Positions 7,719-19,700 of a stretch of 61,419 bases of DNA are shown here, piece by piece. The DNA is from an uncultured Acidimicrobiaceae bacterium (GTDB taxonomy: Bacteria > Actinomycetota > Acidimicrobiia > Acidimicrobiales > UBA10347), in the NCBI GenBank assembly GCA_964513315.1, contig CAZEMU010000001.1, forward strand, positions 38,047 through 99,465, written 5' to 3'. Each line of letters starts with the position of its first letter. The first letter of the stretch is position 1. The position numbers and the translations under genes were made by a program. The notes under the pieces were generated by a model. It saw only the letters and a list, made by a program, of their open reading frames with translations. It was not told the DNA's origin and did not search any database.

Positions 7719-10700
7719 GCCAACGGGATCGTCAACAGCTACCAGGTCGCAACGGTTGTCGGCACCACGCCGGACTCGTCCGGCCTGAACAGTAGTGACT
7801 GCGCACTCGTGATTCAGATGACGGGCACGATCGCCAACGGCCTCGGCACCTACGAGATCCTCGACCCGGCAACCACGACGCCAGTCCGGAGCTACGCCGC
7901 AGCTGAGGCAGTGCAGTTCGTGATCCTGCCTGGGGGTTGTTCCAGCGCACAGACCGTCGACGCTGCAGGGGTACAGGCGCAAGCGTGGAACGGTTCGACG
8001 GGTGGCGTGATCTTTCTCGGTGGCTCCAGCCTGACGATGAACGGGGACATCGACGCAAGTGGCACGGGCTTCACCCAAACGGCTCCGCCGACGACAACGG
8101 TCAGCGACGGTGGCGACGGCATCCTGACCATGGATCCGACACGTAGCTTCCCCGACACGGTCTTTACCGGTGCTGGCGGTGGCGGCGGCATTCTCGGTGG
8201 TGGTGGCGGCGGCGGTTCGTCCAACTACACCACCTTCAATTCCAATAACGCTGCTCCTGGTGAGGGCGGTTCGCTCGTTGCGGGTGGCGCGGGTGGCGTG
8301 ACATCCGGCGTTTGGGCCGCCGGTGACGGCGGCGATCCAGCCGTCCCCGGCAACGGCGGCAGTGGTGCCGTCCTTGTGACGGGCTCCGATGTGAACAGGG
8401 TCGGCGCTGGTGGCGCTGGCGGGGGTTCGTATGGCGGCGGTGGAGGCTCGTGCGGAACGCACTTCTCGACCGCGTACTCGGCAGGCGGCGGCGGTGGCGC
8501 ATCCTGGACCGGCGGTGGCACCGGTGGTCTCGGCGGCACGAGCACTGGGCCTCCGGCTGATCTGGCAGACGGCGGACCGGGCGCCAACAACTTTGGCGCC
8601 GCAATACCTCTCGAAGGCGCCGTCGCGAATGAGCACTACCTCCACGACGATGATCCCCGACTGATGATGGGCGGCGCGGGTGGTAACCACCGCAATAACG
8701 CCGGTGGCGGTGCCGGTGGCGGCATCGTCGTCCTCGACTTCGACAATATCTCGGGCAACGGCAACGACATCGTGTCGAACGGTGGCGCTGGAGCGCCCCT
8801 TCTCAGTGCACCCGCTTCGGGCGCCGGCGGCGGCGGCGGTGGCCAGGTGTACGTCCGGGCCTACGAGGTCAACTCCGTCGATACAGCCGCCAACGGCGGC
8901 GTCGGTGGAAACAACACTGTCGGTCCTACCCACTCGGCTGTGGCCGGAAGCGGTGGTGGCGCTGGCGCCATCTGGTTCGATGGAGCGGGCTCCGATGGCA
9001 CCAACACCGGGGCGAATGACGGTGCGACGTCAGACGCATCGGCCCTCGCCCCGAGTGGCTTCAGCTCGGTGAGCTGGCAGGTCACCGGCGGCGGCCCAGG
9101 TACGACCAGCAGTGGCGTCACGATCGGCGGCTTCACCTACACCGCTCTGGCCTGGAACACGCTCTACAACACGGCTGGCAACAACTCGATCCTCAACGGC
9201 ACGACACACCTTTCCGAGGCTGCACTGCTTGCCGGCGTGAGTGAAGCTGCGATCATCGAGGCATTCCCAGCCTTTACCCAGGTCGATAACCCGAAGAATG
9301 CTGGCGCCAGCTGCATGGCCGCTGCTGGTGGTAACGGACTTGTGCGTGTCTCGCCTCCGCCTCCGGCATCGCTCGAGTTAGAGAAGGCCACCAACGGTCT
9401 TGACTCTGATGTCGCTCCCGGTCAGACCTTGACGGTGGGCGAATCGGTCACGTGGACCTATGACGTCACCGTTGGCGGCTGGGGAGCGGTCGACAACGTC
9501 ACCGTCACCGACAGCCTCGTACCAGCGGGCGATATCGAGTGCGACGTGGACTCCGACGGGACCTACGAGAGCGGCAACAACGTCGGCTCAATTGATGCTC
9601 CGGCGAGCTTCTCCTGTCGGGCCAGCAGCACCGCAGTCGCGGGCCAGTACATGAACACCGGCACGGTGACTGGCAGCGAGGGCGGCAATCCGCTCGATGA
9701 CACCGACCCGTCTCACTACGTCGGCGAGACGCCAGCGATCACGGTTGAAAAGCAGACCAATGCGGCCGAAGCAGACTCCGACACGTTGAATGACGGCTCG
9801 GAATCCCCGGCCTCGACCAGCAACGGTGCGTCGAACCCGGCGCCGATCGCGAGCGCGGTTAGCTGGACCTTCCAGATTCGCAACAACGGCGCGGTCCCGC
9901 TGACCAACGTGGCGATCTCAGACGTTACGACCACCGCCAATGACCAGAACCATGTGATCACGATCGCGTGTGACTGGGCGAGCAGCTCCGACGCGACGAC
10001 GGCAGCGCTGAATCTCTCCGTCGGCGAGACCGTGAACTGCACCGCATCCGGCACGGCCGGCACCGGCCTGCACGAGAACACGGCTACCGCGACGGGTGAT
10101 GCTGCTGGCCCACAATCGCTCGATGTGAACGGGGACCCGGTCTACGACCTGGCTGGCGATCCAGTCTTTGCCCCTAACCCTGGTGGCACGTTCACCGCAA
10201 CCGTCGACTCGCTGGGCGCCGCGATCGAAGTCGTCGATGCGGATGCATCGGGGTACGTGGGATTGCCGCCTGCGATTTCCATCGTCAAGACAGTCGTTGG
10301 CACCGCTGATGGCGATGTCGCTTCGGTGGTCGAAGGTCAAGCGGTTGCTTGGGAATTCCTTGTGACCAACACCGGCGCAGGAGCACTCGACAACGTTTCG
10401 ATCAGCGACCCGATTCTCACTGGACTTGGAGTGAGCATCTCCTGCCCGGTGACCAGCCTCGCCCAAGGCGCGGCAATGACCTGCACCGCCGCTTCGCCTG
10501 CTGGCGCGGGGGACCTCGTAAATGCGGCAACCGTCACCGGCGACCCGGCCGGCGGTGGCTCATCGGTGACCGACAACGACGATGCTGAATACACCGTTGG
10601 CGTGCCTGCAATCCAAGTCGTCAAGACAACCTGCACCGATCCGTTGGCGATACCGGCATCGTGCAGCGACGGCCCGCTCATCCCTGTTGGTGATGCGCTT

Positions 10701-13700
10701 GCATGGAACTACGTCATCACCAACACCGGTGAAGTCACGTTGGTCAACGTCTCCCTCGACGATGACATCGAGGCATCGGTTGATGCAACGAACTGCGACT
10801 GGGCGTCGAGCAGCGATGCTGCGACGGCCGCCAATGTTCTTTCCGTTGGCGAAACCGTCAGCTGTACCCAGACCGGGACGGCTGCTGTTTCGGGCTACGA
10901 CAACGTCGGCTCGGTTACCGGCGTTCCCGGCATTGATGATGGAACGCCATCGGAAGATCCGTCGGGAGACCCGCTCACACCGGTTGTCGATGATGACCCG
11001 TCCGACTACTTCGGTGTCGCCGTGCCGAGCGTTGACATCGAGAAGACGACCAACGGCGTCCAGGCCGACACGGGCACAGGCCCACTCGTCCTCGAAGGCG
11101 ACCCGGTCGACTGGGTCTTCGTCGTCACGAACAACGGCAACGTCGATCTGAGCGACGTCGTCGTGACCGATGTCGTGACGACCGACAACGGTACGGCTGA
11201 TGATCCTGACGGCGTGGTGTGCGACTGGGCGAACAGCTCTGACGCCGCAACGCCAGCCCGGAACCTCTCGGTCAACGAAACCGTGACCTGCACGGCTTCG
11301 TCCACCGCCGAGTTTGGCCAGTACACAAACGACTCATCCGTGACCGGTACGCCGGTCGCCGATGCCGAGACGGCAGACCCTGACAGCCCGGTCCGTCTGA
11401 CCGACGTCGACGGCAATCCTGTCGGCGATGTCAATGACGACGACCCGTCGGCCTACTTCGGCCCGAATGCGTCGATCGATATTGAGAAGGACACGAACGG
11501 CAACCAGGCCGACGTCCTCGCTGACCAAGACACGTACTCCATCGGTGACGCCATCGACTGGACCTTCGTCGTCCGCAACGACGGCAACGTCGACTTGGCC
11601 GACGTGACCGTGTCGGACACTGTCACGATCGACAACGGCACCGCTGCTGATCCTGACGGTGTGGTGTGCGACTGGGCGAACAGCTCCGATGGCGCAACGC
11701 CGGCCCGGAACCTCTCGGTCGGTGAGACCGTGACCTGCACCGCGAGCTCGTCGGCCGAAGCGGGTCAGTACCGCAACGTCGGCGACGTCGTCGGCACGCC
11801 GGTGGACGACGCCGTGACCGCTGATCCCGATGCTCCGACACCGCTCCAAGACGAGAGCGGCACCAATCTTGCGAACGTGGTCGACGATGACCCCTCGCAC
11901 TACTACGGCGAACCAGCCCCTTCGATCGACATCGAGAAGGACACGAACGGCACCCAAGCCGACCTCGTGAGCGACCAGGACTACATCGCCATCGACGATC
12001 CGGTCACGTGGACGTTCGCGGTCCGCAATGACGGCAACGTCGACCTCGCTGACGTCGTCGTGACCGACAGTGTCACGATCGACAACGGCACGGCTGCTGA
12101 TCCCGACGGTGTGGTGTGCGATTGGGCGAACAGCTCTGACTCGGCGACGCCTGCCCGGAACCTCTCGGTGAACGAAACGGTGACCTGTACCTCGTCGTCG
12201 ATCGCCGAACCAGGCCAGTACGGCAACCTGTCCAACGTCAGCGGCACACCAGTCGCAGACGCAACGACCGCTGACCCGGACGCACCGGTTGCGCTCCAGG
12301 GCATCAACGGTGTCGACCTGGTCGACGTCACCGATGCTGACCCCTCGCACTACTTCGGTCTCGTCCTCCCCGCGGTCGACATCGAGAAGGACACGAACGG
12401 TTTCCAGGCCGACACTGGCACGGGCCCGTTGGTGTTCGAGAACGATCCGGTTCTGTGGACCTTTGAGGTTGAGAACACCGGCAACGTCGCCCTCGGCAAT
12501 GTGACCGTGACCGATGTCGTCACAACCGACAACGGCACAGCTGATGATCCAGATGGTGTGGTGTGCGATTGGGCGAACAGCTCCGATGCAACCACGCCGG
12601 CCCGGGTCCTCTCGGTCGACGAGACCGTGACCTGTACTTCGTCCTCGACGGCCGAGCTCGGTCAATACCGCAATAACTCGAATGTCGTTGGTGCACCCCT
12701 CGCCAATGACGGCTCGGCCTTGCTGGGCGACGATGGCAACCCCATGCCGAACGTCACCGACCAGGACCCATCGGGTTACTTCGGTCCGAATGCGTCGATC
12801 GATATTGAGAAGGACACGAACGGCACCCAGGCCGACGTCATCGGCGACCAAGACACCTTGGCGGTCGGCGATGCGATCACGTGGAACTTCGTCGTCACCA
12901 ACGACGGCAATGTCGATCTGGCCGATGTGACCGTCAACGACACCGTCACCATCGACAACGGCACCGGCGCCGACCCGTTCGGCGTGCAGTGCGATTGGGC
13001 GGACAGCTCCGACCCTGCGACGCCCGCGCGGAACTTGTCCGTGGGCGAGTCCGTCGAATGCTTCTCCACCAGCGTCGCTGCACCGGGCCAGTACCGCAAT
13101 GTCGGTGACGTCGTCGGTACTCCAGTCGCTGATGCGGTGACCGCTGATCCGAACTCGCCGACGCCATTGCAGGACGAGAATGGCACTGATCTGGCTGACG
13201 TGGTCGATGACGATCCGTCGCACTACTACGCAGCTCCACAGCCTGCGATCGACATCGAGAAGGACACGAACGGCAACCAGGCTGACGTGCTTGGTGACCA
13301 GGACTACCTGGCGATCGGCGCAGCTGTCACCTGGACCTTCGAGGTCGAGAACACCGGCGACGTTGATCTCGCTGATGTCGTCGTCACCGACAGCGTCACG
13401 ATCGACAATGGCACGGCTGCCGATCCCGACGGTGTGGTGTGCGATTGGGCGAACAGCTCCGACTCGGCAACGCCCGCTCGGAACCTCTCGGTGAACGAGA
13501 CGGTGACCTGCACGTCGTCGTCCATCGCGGTCGCGGGCCAGTACCGCAACAATTCGACCGTGGTCGGTACGCCCGTCGCCGACGCGGAGACCGCCGACCC
13601 GGACGCACCGGTTGCGCTGCAGGACATCGACGGTGTCGATCTGGTCGACGTCACCGACGCCGATCCCTCGCACTACTACGGCCTCGCGATTCCGGCGATC

Positions 13701-16700
13701 GATATTGAGAAGGACACGAACGGGTTCCAGGCCGACACCGGCACCGGCCCCGTCGTGTTCGAGGGTGACGCCGTCGTCTGGACCTTCGAGGTGCAGAACA
13801 CCGGCAACGTTGCCCTCGGCAATGTGACCGTGACCGATGCCGTCACAACGGACAACGGCACGGCTGCTGATCCTGCTGGTGTGGTGTGTGACTGGGCGAA
13901 TAGCTCCGACGCCGCCACCCCGGCCCAGGTCCTCTCGGTGAACGAGACCGTGACCTGCACCGCAGCTTCGACCGCCGAGCTCGGCCAGTACAACAACAAC
14001 TCCAACGTCGTCGGAACGCCGCTCGCAGTTGACGGCAGCCCACTGCTCGACGATGCCGGCATGCCGGTCCCGAACGTGGTCGATCAAGATCCGTCCGGCT
14101 ACTTCGGTCCGGACGCATCGATCGATATTGAGAAGGACACGAACGGCAACCAGGCTGACCTGCTCGCCGACCAGGACTCCTATTCCATCGGTGACGCCAT
14201 CGACTGGACCTTCGTTGTCCGCAATGACGGCAATGTCGACCTCGCCGACGTGACGGTGGCGGACACCGTGACCATCGACAACGGCACCGCTGCTGATCCA
14301 GCCGGTGTGGTGTGTGATTGGCCGAATAGCTCTGACGCTGCGACGTCTGCTCGCAACCTCTCGGTCGGCGAGACTGTGACCTGTACCTCGAGCTCCGCGG
14401 CTGAAGCGGGCCAGTACCGCAATGTCGGTGACGTCGTTGGTACGCCGGTCGCCGACGCGGTGACCGCTGATCCGAACTCGCCGACGCCGCTCCAGGACGA
14501 GAACGGCACTGATCTGGCTGACGTGGTCGATGACGATCCGTCGCACTACTACGCAGCACCGCAGCCTGCGATCGACATCGAGAAGGACACCAACGGCAAC
14601 CAGGCCGACACCCTCGCCACCCAAGACATCTTGGCCATCGGCGATGCGGTCGTGTGGACCTTCGTCGTCGAGAACACCGGTGACGTTGATCTCGCTGACG
14701 TCGTCGTGACCGACAGCGTCACGATCGACAATGGCACGGCTGCTGATCCTGCTGGTGTGGTGTGTGATTGGGCGAACAGCTCCGATGCTGCGACGCCTGC
14801 TCGCAACCTCTCGGTCGGCGAGACCGTGGAGTGCACCTCTGGCTCTGTTGCGGAAGCGGGCCAGTACGCCAACCTCGCCGACGTCGTCGGTACCCCCGTC
14901 GCCGACGCGGTGACCGCCGATCCAGACGCACCAGTTGCGCTGCAAGACATCAACGGCGTGGACCTTGCCGACGTCGTCGATGACGACCCGTCGCACTACT
15001 ACGCACAGGCCGTCCCTGCGATCGACATCGAGAAAGACACCAACGGGTTCCAGGCCGACACCGGCACCGGCCCCGTCGTGTTCGAGGGTGACGCCGTCGT
15101 CTGGACCTTCGAGGTGCAGAACACCGGCAACGTTGCCCTCGGCAGCGTGACCGTGACCGATGCGGTCACCACCGACAACGGCACCGCTGCTGACCCCGAC
15201 GGTGTGGTGTGTGACTGGGCGAATAGCTCCGACGCCGCCACCCCGGACCAGGTCCTCTCGGTGAACGAGACCGTGACCTGCACCGCAGCTTCGACTGCCG
15301 AGCTCGGCCAGTACAACAACAATTCCAACGTCGTCGGCGCTCCGCTCGCTGACGATGGCTCAGCGCTGCTGGGTGACGATGGTGTTCCTCTTCCGAACGT
15401 CACCGATCAAGACCCGTCCGGCTACTTCGGTCCGACCGCGTCGATCGACATTGAGAAGGACACGAACGGCAACCAGGCCGACGTGCTCGCCGATCAAGAT
15501 GTCATCGCCATCGGCGACGCCGTGGTCTGGACCTTCGAGGTCGAGAACACCGGCAACGTCGACCTCGCTGCCGTCACGGTGTCGGACACCGTGACGACCG
15601 ACAACGGCACGGCCGCCGACCCGAACGGTGTCGTCTGTGACTGGGCGAACTCGTCCGACCCTGCAACGCCTGCCGGCAACCTGAGCGTCGATGAGACCGT
15701 CACCTGCGTATCGATGTCGACCGCAGCCGCTGGTCAGTACCGCAACGACGTCGACGTGGTCGGCACTCCCGTTGCCGATGCTGTCGGTGCGGACCCGCTC
15801 GCTCCATCGCCGCTGACCGACTTCAACGGCACGCCGATGAGCAACGTCACCGATGCTGATCCGTCGCACTACTACGGCGACCCGCAGCCTTCGATCGACA
15901 TCGAGAAGGACACGAACGGCAACCAGGCCGACGTGCTCGCCGACCAGGACATCATCCCGATCGGTGCACCAGTGACATGGACGTTCGTCGTCGTCAACGA
16001 TGGCAACGTCGACCTGTCTGACGTGACCGTCGTGGACAGCGTCACCGTCGACAACGGCACCGTCGCCGATCCCGACGGTGTGGTGTGCGATTGGGCGAAC
16101 AGCTCCGACGCAGCGACACCAGCTCGGAACCTGGCCGTGAACGAGACGGTGACCTGCACGTCGACTTCGACTGCGGAAGCTGGTCAGTACCGCAACGACA
16201 GCGATGTCGTCGGTACGCCAGTTGCGGACGCAACGACCGCTGACCCGGACGCACCGGTTGCGCTCCAGGACATTGACGGCAACGACCTTGCCGACGTCAT
16301 CGACGCTGATCCGTCGCACTACTACGGCGACGCGATCCCCGGCATCGACATCGAGAAGGACACCAACGGGTTCCAAGCCGATACTGGCACCGGCCCACTC
16401 GTCCTCGAAGGCGACGCCGTGACGTGGACCTACGTCGTCACGAACATCGGCACCTCGGCACTTGCCGACGTCGTCGTCACCGACACGGTGACCCTCGATA
16501 ACGGCACCGCCGCTGATCCTGACGGCGTGGTGTGCGATTGGGCGAACAGCACCGATGCTGCGACTCCAGCGGGCACCCTCGCCCGAGGCGAGCAAGTCAC
16601 CTGCACCGCTTCTTCGGTCGCCGAACTCGGCCAGTACCGCAACGACGCAGACGTGGTCGCGATGCCAATCGCAGCCAACGGCAGCCGATTGCTCGACGAA

Positions 16701-19700
16701 GACGGCGCCCCGTTTGCGGACGTCACCGACGAGGACCCGTCGGCCTACTTCGGTCCAAGTGCCTCGATCGACATTGAGAAGGACACGAACGGCACCCAAG
16801 CCGATGTGCTCGTCGACCAAGACACCTTGTCGATTGGTGCGCCCGTCACCTGGACCTTCGTGGTCACCAACGACGGCAACGTCGACCTGGCCGACGTCAC
16901 CGTGTCAGACACGGTGACGATCGACAACGGCACCGCCGCTGATCTCAACGGTGTGGTCTGCGACTGGGCGAGCAGCTCCGACGCAGCAACGCCCGCTCGC
17001 AACCTGAGCGTCGGCGAAACTGTGAGCTGTACTTCCAACTCGGTCGCAGTCGCTGGTCAGTACCGCAACGACAGCGATGTCGTTGGTACGCCCGTCGCCG
17101 ATGCGACGACCGCTGATCCGAACGCCCCGACGCCACTCCAAGACGAGAACGGCAACACGCTGACTGACGTCACCGACGCCGACCCGTCTCACTACTACGC
17201 ACAGCCACAGCCTTCGATCGACATCGAGAAGGACACGAACGGCAATCAGGCCGATGTGCTCGCCGACCAGGACACCCTGGCCATCGGGTCGCCCGTCACC
17301 TGGACGTTCGATGTCGTGAACGATGGCAACGTCGATCTCGCTGACGTCCTGGTCACCGACACGGTGACCGTCGACAACGGCACGATCGCTGACCCTGATG
17401 GCGTGGTGTGTGATTGGGCGAACAGTTCTGACGCGACGACGCCAGCTCGCAACCTTTCGGTCGGCGAGACGGTGACCTGCACGTCGAGCTCGATCGCCGA
17501 AGCCGGCCAGTACCGCAACGACTCCAACGTGACCGGTACGCCGGTCGCAGACGCAACGACCGCTGACCCGGACGCACCGGTTGCGCTCCAGGACATCGAC
17601 GGCAATGACCTTGCCGACGTGACCGACGACGATCCGTCGCACTACTACGGCGACGCCATTCCTCAGATCGATATCGAGAAGGACACCAACGGCTTCCAAG
17701 CCGACACCGGCACCGGCCCACTCGTCTTCCTCGGAGACACGGTGACGTGGACCTTCGTGGTCACCAACACGGGCACGGCAACGCTGAGCGACGTCACGGT
17801 CACGGACACTGTGACGACCGATAACGGCACCGCTGTTGACCCCGACGGTGTGGTGTGCGACTGGGCGAACAGCTCTGACGTCGATACCCCGGCCGACACC
17901 CTCGCTCCGCTCGAGACGGTCACCTGCACCGCTTCGTCGAGCGCTGAGCTCGGGCAGTACAACAACGTCGCCGACGTTGTCGGAACGCCCGTTGGTTCCG
18001 ATGGCAGTCCGCTGCTCGATCCGGATGGCAACGCCCTCCCGAATGTCACCGACGATGACCCGTCGGCCTACTTCGGACCCGATGCGTCTATTGACATCGA
18101 GAAGGACACGAACGGCAACCAGGCCGACGTCATCGCTGACCAGGACATCGTCCCGGTCGGAAGCGCCGTCGTCTGGACCTTCGTGGTCGAGAACACGGGC
18201 AACGTCGACCTGGCCAACGTTGACGTCACCGACGTGGCGACGATCGACAACGGCACCGCTGCTGATCCTGCCGGCGTGGTGTGCGACTGGGCGAACAGCT
18301 CTGACGCCGACACCCCAGCTCGCAACCTGAGCATCGGCGAAACCGTCACGTGCACCTCGGCCAGCCAGGCCGAAGCCGGTCAGTACGGCAACCTGTCTGC
18401 CGTCGTCGGCACCCCGGTCGCTGACGCAATAACCGCTGACCCGTTCGCACCGACTCCACTGGTTGATGAGACGGGCACCGAGCTACCTGCGGTCAGCGAC
18501 AGCGATCCGTCCCACTACTTCGGCGAGGCCACGCCAGCGATCGACATCGAGAAGGACACGAACGGCAACCAGGCCGACGTGCTCGAGGACCAGAGCAACC
18601 TGGCGCTCGGCGACGACGTCGTCTGGACCTTCGTGGTCACCAACACGGGCGACACCGATCTCTCCGACGTCACCGTGGTGGACACGGTGACCATCGACAA
18701 CGGCACCGCTCCCGACCCGGACGGCGTCGTGTGCGATTGGGCGAACAGCTCTGACGCTGCGACCCCAGCCCGCAACCTGTCCGTCGGCGAAACGGTGACG
18801 TGCACGTCGAGCTCGACGGTTGAGAACGGCCAGTACCGCAACGACTCCGATGTGACCGGCACGCCGGTCGCTGATGCGATCACTGCAGATCCGGACGCAC
18901 CCGTTGCGCTTCAAGACATTGACGGCGCGGACCTCGCTGATGTCACCGACGAGGACCCTTCGCACTACTTCGGTGCGCAGTCGGCGATCGTCATCGAGAA
19001 GGACACGAACGGCAACCAGGCCGACGTGCTCGGCGGCCAAGACAACATCGAAGCTGGCGCCCCTGTCGTCTGGACCTTCGTCGTGACGAACACCGGCAAC
19101 GTCGATCTCGCCGATGTCATCGTCACCGACACGGTCACGATCGACAATGGCACGGCTGCTGATCCCGCAGGTGTGGTGTGCGATTGGGCGAACAGCTCTG
19201 ACGCAGCGACGCCAGCCCGCAACTTGTCCATCGACGAGACGGTCACCTGCACGGCGTCTTCGACAGCTGTTGCCGGTCAGTACCGCAACGATGCTGACGT
19301 GATCGGCACACCTGTTGCCGATGCGACGACCGCTGACCCCGACAACCCAACGCCGATCGACGGACCGGATGGCCAGCCGATCCCGAAGCCGACCGACGCT
19401 GATCCGTCGCACTACTTCGGCGTTGACGCTTCGATCGACATCGAGAAGGACACGAACGGCAACCAGGCCGATGTTGCCGCAGACCAAGACGTCTTGGCGA
19501 TCGCGACACCAATCACCTGGACCTTCGATGTCCTGAACGATGGCAATGTCGATCTCGCAGACGTCGTGGTCACCGACACCGTGACGATCGACAATGGCAC
19601 CGCCGTGGATCCTGCCGGTGTCGTATGCGACTGGGCGAACAGCTCCGATGCGTTCACCCCGGCCGGCAACCTGTCCGTGGGCGAGACGGTCCGCTGTACC

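Noticed and set aside
11334-14996. Very long minus-strand ORFs inside the giant gene (1,220 aa at 11334-14996, 486 aa at 15360-16820, 264 aa at 16905-17699, 1,038 aa at 18483-21599, 411 aa at 7698-8933) that could be read as overlapping antisense genes
   Set aside because: Their translations are Arg/Gly/Val/Asp/His-rich low-information sequence that simply mirrors the sense-strand repeats. In a GC3-rich, GAC/GTC/ACC/GGC-dominated repeat, the antisense frames lack stop codons by composition. I saw no RBS, no recognisable domain and no independent conservation signal.
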